A stretch of DNA of 64,000 nucleotides. It comes from an uncultured Gammaproteobacteria bacterium. GTDB lineage: Bacteria > Pseudomonadota > Gammaproteobacteria > Pseudomonadales > Pseudohongiellaceae. This document shows positions 47,746-57,525 of the stretch, in pieces; the first letter of the stretch is position 1, and the number at the start of each line of letters is the position of its first letter. A program made the position numbers and the translations under genes. The stretch spans positions 1,536 through 65,535 of the forward strand of contig CAJXVC010000013.1 in the NCBI GenBank assembly GCA_913060975.1, given 5' to 3'. The notes beneath the pieces are model-generated. The model saw only the letters and a program-made list of their open reading frames with translations. It ran no database searches and was not told the DNA's origin.

Positions 47746-49587
47746 TTATTGCGTTGGTTTTTGTTTTTGCAATTCTCCGGGCAACAGATCAAATGCCACT
47801 GTTAACCGTGATTGCTCTGACTGGAATGGAATAGTGCCATGCCACATATAGGAGGGAAACAATACCAGAGTCCCCACCTCGGGTTTGATCACGCGGCGCG
47901 GTGCTAAAGACAAATCCTGATCCAGCAAAGGTACGCCGAACTGAATGTGGCCAGCCTGATCATTTGCAGTGCGCACTTCGTCTGGTAACGAAACATACAG
48001 CGCGGAACTCATCCATCCTTGAGGATGCACGTGATTGGTATGGTACCCAGCACTGCTCAGACGCACTGACCAGGCACCGGCAAACCGCAGTTCATTCTGT
48101 TTTGGCTTGCGACTCCAAAATGGCTGCCGGTTGTCACGGGGAAACTCAGCCAATGCAGTGCCAACTGCCTGACGTATCTGTGCTTCCAGCTCCCGTAACA
48201 AGGGATGCTTGAGCCGAAACAGAAAACCATTGGTTTGCGTGCCGCCGCGCAAGGTTTGCTCAATTGGATGAGCACGCGTGCGATGCAATGTCGCTAACTC
48301 ATCGGCCAGGCTGGCAAAGAAATCTGCCGTACTGTCATAACCCGCCGGGGGTGGGACTTCTACCTGGCAAATCATACGCTCGTAGTCGAGCAACCATTGT
48401 TCACGAGAATCTTCGAGAAGTTGCCAGGCCGTACCAAGATAAGCCAATGCCAACTGGTCATAGGGATTTTGTTGCAGCACCTCCCCACACAGGCTTTCGG
48501 CTCTGGCCGGGTCCCGATTGCTTAGCAAGTGCTGCGCAAAGCCAAGCCTGACTCCCGCATGACCAGGATAGTTTCGGCACAGCTGGTCAAAAACCTGAGT
48601 TGCGTCCGCATTCTTGCCAGCATACGCGAGACTGCCAGCTTCCAACATGTTCAGCTCCGGCGAGTCTGGACACCCTCGTTGCCGCGCCTCGGCCAATACA
48701 GTTGCAGCCTCCTCCTTGCGCTCAAGACGATTGAGCAATTCCACCCATGTCCGCCAGATTTCCGTATTACCAGGCTGCGCTCTGGCTGCCGAACCAAGCT
48801 GTTCTAAAGGGTCGCCCGGCGCTTCCAGCTCCCAATGTAAACGCGAGCGGATTCTGTGCAAGGACGCATGCTCGGGAAATTGCTGTATTCCACCTTCTGC
48901 AGCGGCCTTGGCCTTTTCAGGCTTACCCGCTTCCAACCATGCCTCTGCAAGATTCCGATAGGTATCGGGTGTCACATGACCCTGACTCATAGCGGTAGCG
49001 TATGCCTCTGCAGAAGCCTCGAATTCACAGTCCTGGCGCAGCAGTTGCCCGAGAGAATAGTGTAGCCGGGGCGCGTTTGCCTGATGCTGCAGCCCGCTTC
49101 GGCAGCTTGCTATGGCTTCAGCCACCTGGCCACTGCTTTGCTGAACTGCTGCGAGTAACTCCCAGGCTGGCGCGTGCGCAGGTGCTATTCGAGTAGCCTT
49201 GCTGGCGCAGCGCAACGCTTCGCGCTGGTCTCCCATTTTCAGTGCCAACAAGCCGAGGTGGTACCAACCTGCCATCAGTTTCGGGTCCAGCTTGATCGCC
49301 TTGCCGAGCAAGGTTCTGGCTTCTCTTTGGCGCTCCTGATTGGCCAGAAAATTGGCGAAGTTCACCAGTATATCTGCGCGTTTGGGCGCAGCAGCTATGG
49401 CTTGTTTGAACAAGCGTTCGGCAGCTACCGCATCACCTTGATTACGGGCAGCCATTGCCAACAGGTGTAATGCATCAGGCTGACCGGGGACACGCTCGAG
49501 CAGCTTGTGGCACAAGGCAACACACTCCGCTTGTCGGCCAGCCTGCATTAGCCCCACGGCTTTTTGAATGATTTCGGTTAGATTCAT
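47746..49587 (-). CDS. TPR-repeat protein fused to a 2OG-Fe(II)-oxygenase-like (PF13759/TIGR02466-type) domain
   Basis: 613 aa. About 400 aa is TPR. The C-terminus reads GYHTNHVHPQGWMSSALYVSLP...GHIQFG...GTLVLFPSYMWHGTIPF...RLTVAFD. Confidence 0.65.
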   Translation of the reverse strand: MNLTEIIQKAVGLMQAGRQAECVALCHKLLERVPGQPDALHLLAMAARNQGDAVAAERLFKQAIAAAPKRADILVNFANFLANQERQREARTLLGKAIKLDPKLMAGWYHLGLLALKMGDQREALRCASKATRIAPAHAPAWELLAAVQQSSGQVAEAIASCRSGLQHQANAPRLHYSLGQLLRQDCEFEASAEAYATAMSQGHVTPDTYRNLAEAWLEAGKPEKAKAAAEGGIQQFPEHASLHRIRSRLHWELEAPGDPLEQLGSAARAQPGNTEIWRTWVELLNRLERKEEAATVLAEARQRGCPDSPELNMLEAGSLAYAGKNADATQVFDQLCRNYPGHAGVRLGFAQHLLSNRDPARAESLCGEVLQQNPYDQLALAYLGTAWQLLEDSREQWLLDYERMICQVEVPPPAGYDSTADFFASLADELATLHRTRAHPIEQTLRGGTQTNGFLFRLKHPLLRELEAQIRQAVGTALAEFPRDNRQPFWSRKPKQNELRFAGAWSVRLSSAGYHTNHVHPQGWMSSALYVSLPDEVRTANDQAGHIQFGVPLLDQDLSLAPRRVIKPEVGTLVLFPSYMWHGTIPFQSEQSRLTVAFDLLPGELQKQKPTQ

Positions 49588-49647
49588 AATTTAGTGTCTT
49601 GATTCTAAACACTAGTGACACAGGAGTCACACACAAGTGCGGCAGGC

Positions 49648-49678
49648 AAAAAAAAGCCGGCTTGCGCCGGCTTTTTTC
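49648..49678 (-). terminator. Hairpin terminator between the TonB receptor gene and the TPR-oxygenase gene
   Basis: AAAAAAAAGCCGGC-TTGC-GCCGGCTTTTTT. Confidence 0.7.
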
Positions 49679-49736
49679 GATCTACAAACAGGGTGGTCAC
49701 CCTAACAACTGCGATGACCATCCCGTTGTGTCGGCA

Positions 49737-52652
49737 TCAGAATTCCACTGTAGTGCCGAGGAACCAGTACTGACCCAGCGCATCATACGCACTAGGATAA
49801 GTATTGCCGTTCTCACGCGCAGTTACACCCTGCGGTACGAATGGCGGTGCCTGGTCAAACAGATTGTTAACACCGGCGCGAACGTTCAACCATTCAGTTG
49901 CTTGCCAGGTTCCTGACACGTCGATGTAGTTCTGCTCATCAAGCGTTGTCGGTGGCAAATTGGTGAATGCCTGATCAACGCTATCGATATAACGCCAACC
50001 GAGGTTCAGGTTGAGATCCCAAGGCGTTGCCCAGATTGCCTGCATGCGGTTGCGCACTTCCACAGTCGGAGTACCACAAGAACCACCGTAGACACCTTCA
50101 CAATTAACAACACCGGCACCTTCGAATTCTTCCTGCTCCCAGCTATCGATCCAGCCGAGAACATTGTTAACAGAGACGCTACCAAGATTACCTACTTCAA
50201 AATTGTAGTTAACTTCGGCATCGACACCTTTCACGCGGAAGAAACCAATGTTCTGAGACAAGGCAGAGATACCATTGTTGGCGCTCGCCAGACCCAGCCA
50301 CAGGCTGTCGTTAGTACCACGACGTACCAGATCACAGAAGCTGCCAGTTTCGATACATTGCAGCAGAGTGGTTTCAGGCTCGATCTCGGTGATCGCATCC
50401 TGCACGTCGATGTCGTACCAGTCTACGCTGACAGTCAGACCATCAACAAAGCGTGGTGAGTATACGAAACCCGCAGAATAGGTATCAGACTCTTCAGGTG
50501 CCAGATTGATACTACCGCCGATAAGCTGATTGTACTGGCTGGCAGGAGAACTTGTTGGTCCGCCCTGATCCCAGATAGCCTGGGAAACACCGCTGTTGGC
50601 ACACTGCTCGAAGGTATAGCCACGAATACTGGTAGCATCGCCTGGAGCAGCCTTCTGACAAGGATCTTCGTTCATGGCGAACAGATTACCTTGCTGTGGC
50701 TGGAACTGATCTACGATGTTGGCAGCACGTACAGCACGCTGATAGCTGGCACGTACCTTGAACTCAGGATTGAATGACCAGGAACCGGCTACTTTGTAAG
50801 TATCAGTAGATTGGTCACTAGGCGCATACTCGGAGTAGCGATAACCCAGGTCGAGGACAACTTCTTCGGCCAGATTAGCACCTTCGATCAGCGGAATGCT
50901 TGCTTCCATGAAAACTTCGTTAACATCGTAGCCACCTGTTACTGGAACCAGAGCAGCGCCAAGTCCACCTACTTCACCAGCGATGGCGTTGTCGCTTGGC
51001 TGATAGTTCAGAGTTTCTTCGCGATACTCATAACCGACTACCAGAGCGACACCGTTTTCTGCGGCAGGAGATACGAAGCCATAAGCACCGAGATCACCTT
51101 CGAGATAGGCATTGAACACAGATTGATCGGTCTGACCATTCTCATTATAAGTCTGAGCAAAGAAAGCAGTTTGCTCATCAGTTACACCACCACCCGTCCA
51201 CAGATTATAAGGCACACAGTTTTCCGAGTTCTCGATACAAGTACCGTCCGGATTCACGTCCAGGGCCTGATCAACCGCAGCGATGTTCACGTAGTTGCTG
51301 TGACGGTTGTTCATGTCCACTTCTGCGAACTGATAAGACGCGTCATAACGCCAGTTTTCATTGAGGTCGCCACGCAAACCGCCAAGAATGCGGAATGTGG
51401 AGTGACGAATATCACCTTGACGTGGACCGCCTTCTACATTGCGTCGACCAAAGATTGTCTGTACGCGCTGGTCATCAGGAGCGCCAACACAACCGACTAC
51501 ACCTTTTTGCTGATCTGACAGAAACGGGTTGCCGCAGTTGAAGTCCAGTGTGTTAAAGAAGACACCTGATTCTGCGAATTGGGCTACTGTGCGGTTGTCC
51601 ATGAAGGATACTTCCGAGTAGAACTCGGCATTATCAGTCAGGTCGTATTGTGCGAAGGCACCCAATGTATAGCGCTCGTCTGGGCGCTGATAGTAGCTTG
51701 GTACGGCGAAGTTATGACGTGTGCCAAGACCCGGAACAAACTGATCGCCTTCTACGTGGTAGAGATCAGCAAAACCATCATTGCCGAAATAGAAGCTGCC
51801 GGACGGGTTAGTAGCCGAACCACCACAGCTCAGTGTGCCAGCGGCTGTTACGCTGTTGGCGCAGGCACTGTAATCGCGATCGCCCTGCAGTACTGAGCTG
51901 ACTTCACGGTAGGTGGCGTAAGCGGTGATGTTACCGCGACCGTTATCGAGGTTGCCGCCCATCAACAAGGTCATGTCGATGATTTCACCGTCATTGGACG
52001 TACCAGTTGGCACACTAAAACCGGCAGCCAGCGTTGAGTTGGCCAGCGGACCACCGTCGTTCTGGTGACGATAACCGGCAGACTGCACATCCAGTTTTAC
52101 GCCTTCGAAGCGGTCATTCATGATGAAGTTGACCACACCAGCTACAGCGTCAGAACCGTAGGTTGAGGAGGCGCCACCAGTGAGAATTTCAACCCGCTCC
52201 ACCAGCTGCATGGGGATAAGGTTCAGGTCAGGACCGGAAGTGGTAGAGGAAGGCGAGTGAATTGGCAGACGCTTGCCGTTCATCAATACCAGCGTGCGGC
52301 TGTTGCCGAGATTACGCAGCTGCAGAGTCGCAGTACCAGTAGATTCAATGGACTGACCAGAAGACTGGTCAAGATAGGCTTGCGGAAGTGAGCCAAGCAC
52401 ATCTTCAACCCGGGTAGCACCGGTCAAGATGAGTTGTTCAGAATCAAGCTGAGTGACCGGACTTGATGTCACCAGATTAGCGCGCTGGATGCGAGAACCG
52501 GTGATTACCACCTCTTCGATCAAGCCGTCTTCCTGTGCCATACCGGCTACCGGCATCATCGAGGCAGCAAGCCCCGCACAAATAGCCATATTCAGTTTAT
52601 TACGCGCAAATCGTGTATTACGACCTGCAGTCGCAGTGGATTTTCCTTTCAT
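49737..52652 (-). CDS. TonB-dependent outer-membrane receptor (971 aa)
   Basis: Signal peptide, TonB box/plug (EEVVITGSRIQ, RVEILTGGASSTYGSDAVAGVVNFI) and the C-terminus WFLGTTVEF. Confidence 0.9.
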   Translation of the reverse strand: MKGKSTATAGRNTRFARNKLNMAICAGLAASMMPVAGMAQEDGLIEEVVITGSRIQRANLVTSSPVTQLDSEQLILTGATRVEDVLGSLPQAYLDQSSGQSIESTGTATLQLRNLGNSRTLVLMNGKRLPIHSPSSTTSGPDLNLIPMQLVERVEILTGGASSTYGSDAVAGVVNFIMNDRFEGVKLDVQSAGYRHQNDGGPLANSTLAAGFSVPTGTSNDGEIIDMTLLMGGNLDNGRGNITAYATYREVSSVLQGDRDYSACANSVTAAGTLSCGGSATNPSGSFYFGNDGFADLYHVEGDQFVPGLGTRHNFAVPSYYQRPDERYTLGAFAQYDLTDNAEFYSEVSFMDNRTVAQFAESGVFFNTLDFNCGNPFLSDQQKGVVGCVGAPDDQRVQTIFGRRNVEGGPRQGDIRHSTFRILGGLRGDLNENWRYDASYQFAEVDMNNRHSNYVNIAAVDQALDVNPDGTCIENSENCVPYNLWTGGGVTDEQTAFFAQTYNENGQTDQSVFNAYLEGDLGAYGFVSPAAENGVALVVGYEYREETLNYQPSDNAIAGEVGGLGAALVPVTGGYDVNEVFMEASIPLIEGANLAEEVVLDLGYRYSEYAPSDQSTDTYKVAGSWSFNPEFKVRASYQRAVRAANIVDQFQPQQGNLFAMNEDPCQKAAPGDATSIRGYTFEQCANSGVSQAIWDQGGPTSSPASQYNQLIGGSINLAPEESDTYSAGFVYSPRFVDGLTVSVDWYDIDVQDAITEIEPETTLLQCIETGSFCDLVRRGTNDSLWLGLASANNGISALSQNIGFFRVKGVDAEVNYNFEVGNLGSVSVNNVLGWIDSWEQEEFEGAGVVNCEGVYGGSCGTPTVEVRNRMQAIWATPWDLNLNLGWRYIDSVDQAFTNLPPTTLDEQNYIDVSGTWQATEWLNVRAGVNNLFDQAPPFVPQGVTARENGNTYPSAYDALGQYWFLGTTVEF

Positions 52653-52969
52653 AGTGCCCCCTTGGGTGACTAATCGATTATTTTGATAGCAACACCCTAT
52701 AACCCTCTTCTAGCCATTACCCGACTACCGCTTTAACAGCGGGAACTCAGTCTGGGCTGGGATTATTGTGAACGGGGTTAATTTGGAGTATTGCGTTGGG
52801 ATGGAATCCTACCAACATCTATATAGCGGTACTAGTCATAATTTAGCAATCAGGTTGAAATATATGCCCAACCCTAAGTGCTTGATAGCTAGAGCTTTAA
52901 CTAAATGATCAGCGTTCAGATACCACAAATTTCGAGTTAGCCGCTCCGGTTTCTGTAAGTGCTTGTTTT

Positions 52970-53040
52970 CTGTAATGTTTTGCCACAGAATGTTTCGCAA
53001 AATGTAACAGAATGTCACAGCAATCTGGCAAATGTAACAG
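52970..53040 (-). promoter_or_regulatory. Cluster of CTGT(T/G)ACATT direct repeats about 320-390 nt upstream of the 971-aa TonB receptor
   Basis: On the minus strand: CTGTTACATT-N10-CTGTGACATTCTGTTACATT...CTGTGGCAAAACATTACAG. The half-sites resemble PhoB/OmpR-type CTGTCAT, but the spacing is 10/20/24 nt rather than 11. Confidence 0.3.
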
Positions 53041-53272
53041 CGGAACAATTTCCAGCGTGCAGAACCAGACAGAGCTCTAACGTTCACACATTTGCACGGA
53101 GGTGCAAACGCGTGGTTTTCGTAAGTAGTCATAACACTTTGGGGAATGTGCACTGTCAGGCTGGGGGGAATTGGCCTGTTCTGAACCGGGTTTTTACAAA
53201 GCCGCGGTTCACTCAGCAGCACAATACGATTTACTATGAGCAGGCTGGTCACTGCTAAGGAAAAGTAACGTT

Positions 53273-53503
53273 ATGCACCAATTTCGTATCAAGCTCATAA
53301 GCAATTGGTTAGGAGTATTTTTGCTGACGGCCTCTGCGCTCACCGCATGCAGCAACGAGCAGGCCTACCGAGCCATTCAGGAAAATCGCTTGCAGGACTG
53401 CGAACTACAGCCTATTCCGCAACAGGCGAATTGTCGCGCGCAATATGAGATGCCCTACAACGAGTACGAGCGTCTGCGACAGGAAGCCGCGCGAGCTGAC
53501 TAG
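53273..53503 (+). CDS. Small lipoprotein of unknown function
   Basis: 76 aa. Signal peptide with lipobox LTAC (GVFLLTASALTAC|SNEQ). Confidence 0.5.
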   Translation: MHQFRIKLISNWLGVFLLTASALTACSNEQAYRAIQENRLQDCELQPIPQQANCRAQYEMPYNEYERLRQEAARAD

Positions 53504-53536
53504 CAAGAATTCAGATCAGAAAGGGACTCACCAGAG

Positions 53537-53620
53537 ACTCTTGTAAGGTCTCATATACGAACTCTTGTAAGGACTCTTGTAAGGACTCTTGTAAGGTCTT
53601 TTGAAAGGACTCTCACACGG
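53537..53620. repeat. 12-nt tandem repeat ACTCTTGTAAGG (three perfect tandem units plus one isolated and several degenerate copies)
   Basis: Perfect units at 53561-53596 and an extra copy at 53537-53548. Degenerate TCTTTTGAAAGG and ACTCTCACACGG follow. Confidence 0.8.
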
Positions 53621-53873
53621 AGTCACACAGGGGTTCAAGCCGCATCAGATAACAGGTCGCAAGCCTTGATTGTGACTGGAATACCGCAAGACAGGGCCTG
53701 TGACGGCACTTGCGGGAACTGGTACGCCTGTAGCGCTAGAGTGGGTGAGACTGAATACCAGTACCGCCAATGCCTGAATTTACACTGTCAGACTGCTGGC
53801 TGTAGTAGTTGTCTCTCACTGGGTATCCATGGGTATCGCAAGTGAAATACTGAGAACCACGCTGTCGTCGCAC

Positions 53874-54584
53874 TCAGGAAGGTCTTACAGAGAACCGGTA
53901 GCCGGCGCCTCGTACGGTCTGAATCAGCTTGGCGTAGTCGATAGTTGCCCCATCAATCGATGACAGCGCTTTGCGCAAGCGGCGAATGTGGACGTCGATA
54001 GTTCGCTCTTCCAGATAGACATTGCCACCCCACACAGAATCCTGAATGTGATCGCGGCTGAAGACTTTCTCCTGGTTCAGCAAGAAAAACTTCAGCAAAC
54101 GAAATTCAGTAGGACCCATTTCGACGGGCTGGTCTTCTATAGAGATACGGTGGCTGGTGGGATCCAGCTGCAGGTCAAAGACGCGCAATACACGGTCTTT
54201 CTGTTTGCCGTTAACACGGCGTAAGACTGTCTTGATGCGAGCCACTAACTCGCGCGGTGAGAACGGCTTGGTGACATAGTCATCCACACCCTCGCTCAAA
54301 CCTTGCACCTTGTTATCTTCGCTGGTCTTGGCAGTCAGCATGATAATGGGCAGGTTGGTCGTGATCTCGTCGCGGCGCAGCCGGCGCGCCAATTCAATAC
54401 CGCTGCCGCCAGGCAGCATCCAGTCCAGCAGCACCAAGTCGGGCTTGTGATCGATGATGGAGACGTGAGCCTCATGGGCATTGGACGCTGCAATGCTGGT
54501 AAAGCCAGCGAGGTCCAAAGTAATTCCTACCATATCGCGAATGGCTGCTTCATCGTCGACGATCAGGATGGTGGACTCGGTCAT
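53874..54584 (-). CDS. phoB: Phosphate-regulon response regulator PhoB (OmpR family)
   Basis: 236 aa. ILIVDDEAAIRDM, LDWMLPGGSGIEL, DDYVTKPFSPRELVARIKTVLRR and a C-terminal winged helix (TVRGAGYRF). Its own Pho box lies upstream. No phoR follows. Confidence 0.8.
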   Translation of the reverse strand: MTESTILIVDDEAAIRDMVGITLDLAGFTSIAASNAHEAHVSIIDHKPDLVLLDWMLPGGSGIELARRLRRDEITTNLPIIMLTAKTSEDNKVQGLSEGVDDYVTKPFSPRELVARIKTVLRRVNGKQKDRVLRVFDLQLDPTSHRISIEDQPVEMGPTEFRLLKFFLLNQEKVFSRDHIQDSVWGGNVYLEERTIDVHIRRLRKALSSIDGATIDYAKLIQTVRGAGYRFSVRPS

Positions 54585-54645
54585 GTTGTTTAATTACCGC
54601 TTGGTTAATTAGCTGTCAGATTTAGCAGTATTTAAGCAGTACTAT

Positions 54646-54663
54646 ATTACAGGTTTATGACAC
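54646..54663 (-). promoter_or_regulatory. Pho box upstream of phoB
   Basis: On the minus strand: GTGTCAT-AAAC-CTGTAAT (consensus CTGTCAT-AAAA-CTGTCAT). TTAAAT -10 lies 10 nt downstream. About 60 nt from the ATG. Confidence 0.65.
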
Positions 54664-54807
54664 ACGACGCCCGAATTAACTGAAAATTGATGCGCTTTGA
54701 ACTAATTATCTTATTGATAATAAAGGGATAATTGACACCCCGCACAGTCAGCCGAAAGCTGCCTGCGCGAGGGTCAGGAAGGGTCAAACAGGAGGCCTAA
54801 CTGCGCT

Positions 54808-57318
54808 CTAGAAGCGATAGTTAAGTTGCAGGCTGAGCTCGCGACCACGGTTGTAACCAGTGGTGACACGGCCGCCTTGCGTGATCTCGCTACGCTCGTC
54901 CATGATGTTCTTGGCCTTGAGTGTGGCCGACCAGTGCTCTGACAGTGATCGAATAAAGACAAAATTCAATTCACCAAAAGGTTGCTCGATCAGGTCCGGC
55001 GCGCCTTCGATACCCACCTCGGCAATACGCTCGCCGAAGTAGTGATATAACAAAGTAGCAGTCGTGCCCGAGATTGGCTCGTAACCCACTTGCGCATTGA
55101 ACAGCCAGTCAGACTGGCCTTGCAGAGGTCGGGTCAGACTCGTGAGCGAGCCACGGTCTTCGTCACGTATCGATACTTCCGACTGGATGTAGGCCACGTT
55201 GCCCTGTACGTAAATGTCTTCACCAATGCCATTGAAAAAACTGTCCGGCAGGAAATCGAGGCGCTTGTAGATTTCATACTCAACGCCCGAGTTCTCGGCA
55301 CCCTTGGCATTGATATAAGTAGTCTTTCGATCTACAGGACTGACGATCGACGTTTCAATCGGATCAGTGAACTCCTTGTAGAACAAGCCCAGCGACATGT
55401 AGTCCGAATAGGCAAAATACCACTCCCAGCGAACGTCATAATTCTTGATGGACGTGATCTCCAGATCCGGGTTACCGACAATTTCCTTGCCGGTTTCCGG
55501 ATTGGTGAATGCCGCGGGTGACAGCTCGCGAAAATCCGGTCGCGATACGGTTTCACTGTAAGCCGCACGGAACTGGTGATCGTTCTGGATAAAAGTCGCG
55601 CTGAACGCCGGCAGGAACTCATTCTGTTCCTGTTTGGAGACAACACCCTGATCCGGGCTGAACAAGTCAAAGGTATTGGCCTGCTGTGAGAAATCCTCAG
55701 AGCGCGCGCCTAAAGTAAAACGCAGGCGATCATCGAAATTGAATTCAACCTGGCCATAAAATGCTTCCAGTTCATTGAAAGCCTCATAGTTATCAGTCGG
55801 GCGGGTAATCTCGCGAATCTGAAAACCTTCAGGCGAAATATTCTCTGGTGCCAGGATCTGTTCCAGTGGCTTCACGAGTAGTGCCGGGTCATTGGCAATC
55901 GGTCCAGCGAATGCAAAACCATAACGGCGAATTTCTGATTCGCGCTCTTTCTCTGCACTCACATAACCAGCCTGCGTGGTAATAAGCGAGTTCATCGGCC
56001 CGTAGAAGACCATGCTCAAGTCAACACCAAAGTCTTTGGCCGTGTCATCCAGTTCGCTGAAGTTGCGCAGATTGCCGTCGACTCGCGACGAAAATTCACC
56101 ACTCTCATAGCGGTATTCACGCTCGTCAGGCGAGTCGCGCTCGGCCGTGATATGGCTGTAACGCCAGTTGACCGTGAACTCATTGAATTCAGGAAAGTAG
56201 TGATCGCCCTGCAGTTGATTCGAGAATAATTCGCGTTCGATCCATTCAATTTCGGTGATGGACAGATCAGAAGCCGCTTCTGTGTAACCGGTGGAATTGG
56301 CAACCAGGTCATCGGTTTTACGCAGCAACACGCTGGTCAAGCGAACATTGTGATTGTCGTTGAGATCAAGACCGGCAGAAAAAATACCGCTCATGTCGAT
56401 ACTGTTTTCGGTGCCTTTGTAGGTCATGGCTTCCTGTTGCGTCAGACCTTCAGTCGCCGGCACATAGGTATTGCGCTCAATGACATTGGTATCCCAGCTA
56501 TTGGAATAATCCACCGCAGCAATGTAGTTAAGCTGCATCCCGGTGCTGCCAAGCTCATGAAAATTACCCAGTGAAGTGCCGAAATTTACATTCGGCGGGA
56601 TGTCCTTTACTTCAGGGTTGTACTCGTTATTAAACGAGCGTCCAACTTCCTGCAGGGTTTCAACAGGTACGCCGACACCCGTGAATGGGCTCAAGCGGCG
56701 CAGTTCCTGATCATTGGCTGTCGCCTGTTGCAGGATAGCCGATTGCGCACGATGGCCGTCGTCATAACCCAGCCAGTCGCGATCGCCGCCACCAAGCGTA
56801 AAGCCGTCGTTAAAGCTTACATCCCCTATCATGCCTACTGTGCTGTTAACGTTCCAGAAAAATTCATCTGTGGATTTTTTGGTACGCATTTGCAGTACGC
56901 CGCCACCAAATTCACTGGGGAATGCTGCTGAGTAAGTCTTTTGTACCAACACACTTTCCAATACCGCCGTCGGGAAAAGGTCCATCGGTACCACACGGTT
57001 AATCGGTTCAGGGCTAGGCAGGATTGCACCATTCAACAATGTTGTGGAATAACGCTCACCGAGGCCGCGCACGTAGACGAACTTGCCACCCACCGTACTC
57101 AGGCCAGAGACTCGCTTCAGGCTTTCAGCGATATTGGAATCACCGGTACGGGTAAATTCTTCACTGCCAACCACATTGGATACGGCATCTGTAGCCCGCT
57201 TTTCGTCTGGCACAAACTGTCCGATTACGGAAATTTCTTCGATTTCGGGGGGCTGGGCTGAGGCTAAGGCGCTGACCGCTGAGGCGATACCAGCGACCAA
57301 GAGCTTTCGACACGTCAT
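54808..57318 (-). CDS. TonB-dependent outer-membrane receptor (836 aa), Pho-box promoter
   Basis: Signal peptide, plug (VSGLSTVGGKFVYVRGLGERYS) and the C-terminus LSLQLNYRF. Confidence 0.9.
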   Translation of the reverse strand: MTCRKLLVAGIASAVSALASAQPPEIEEISVIGQFVPDEKRATDAVSNVVGSEEFTRTGDSNIAESLKRVSGLSTVGGKFVYVRGLGERYSTTLLNGAILPSPEPINRVVPMDLFPTAVLESVLVQKTYSAAFPSEFGGGVLQMRTKKSTDEFFWNVNSTVGMIGDVSFNDGFTLGGGDRDWLGYDDGHRAQSAILQQATANDQELRRLSPFTGVGVPVETLQEVGRSFNNEYNPEVKDIPPNVNFGTSLGNFHELGSTGMQLNYIAAVDYSNSWDTNVIERNTYVPATEGLTQQEAMTYKGTENSIDMSGIFSAGLDLNDNHNVRLTSVLLRKTDDLVANSTGYTEAASDLSITEIEWIERELFSNQLQGDHYFPEFNEFTVNWRYSHITAERDSPDEREYRYESGEFSSRVDGNLRNFSELDDTAKDFGVDLSMVFYGPMNSLITTQAGYVSAEKERESEIRRYGFAFAGPIANDPALLVKPLEQILAPENISPEGFQIREITRPTDNYEAFNELEAFYGQVEFNFDDRLRFTLGARSEDFSQQANTFDLFSPDQGVVSKQEQNEFLPAFSATFIQNDHQFRAAYSETVSRPDFRELSPAAFTNPETGKEIVGNPDLEITSIKNYDVRWEWYFAYSDYMSLGLFYKEFTDPIETSIVSPVDRKTTYINAKGAENSGVEYEIYKRLDFLPDSFFNGIGEDIYVQGNVAYIQSEVSIRDEDRGSLTSLTRPLQGQSDWLFNAQVGYEPISGTTATLLYHYFGERIAEVGIEGAPDLIEQPFGELNFVFIRSLSEHWSATLKAKNIMDERSEITQGGRVTTGYNRGRELSLQLNYRF

Positions 57319-57378
57319 TGAACTTACTCCGGGTTTGATCTTGGGGGCGATTTTGAGGGGCTAGTTTATTGCGGGTAT

Positions 57379-57396
57379 ATGACATGCATATGACAA
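57379..57396 (-). promoter_or_regulatory. Pho box upstream of the 836-aa TonB receptor
   Basis: On the minus strand: TTGTCAT-ATGC-ATGTCAT (7+4+7). TAAACT -10 lies 10 nt downstream. About 60 nt from the ATG. Confidence 0.7.
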
Positions 57397-57444
57397 TTTC
57401 AGACCTGATGTCGGCCACTGCTTGGTAGTCAGTTTTGCGCAGCA

Positions 57445-57474
57445 ATAAAAAAGGGCGCCATAGAGGCGCCCTTT
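57445..57474 (-). terminator. Rho-independent terminator after the 604-aa secreted-protein gene
   Basis: On the minus strand: GGGCGCC-TCTAT-GGCGCCC followed by TTTTTTATT. Confidence 0.75.
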
Positions 57475-57525
57475 CCAAGCAAACTAGCTTTAGCAATCTA
57501 ACATCCTGTCATTGCTTTATATTGC

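Noticed and set aside
52836-53258. 138-aa (minus) and 99-aa (plus) ORFs upstream of the 971-aa TonB receptor
   Set aside because: They overlap each other across the direct-repeat cluster and have Cys/Asn/Ile-rich odd composition. The region reads better as regulatory DNA.
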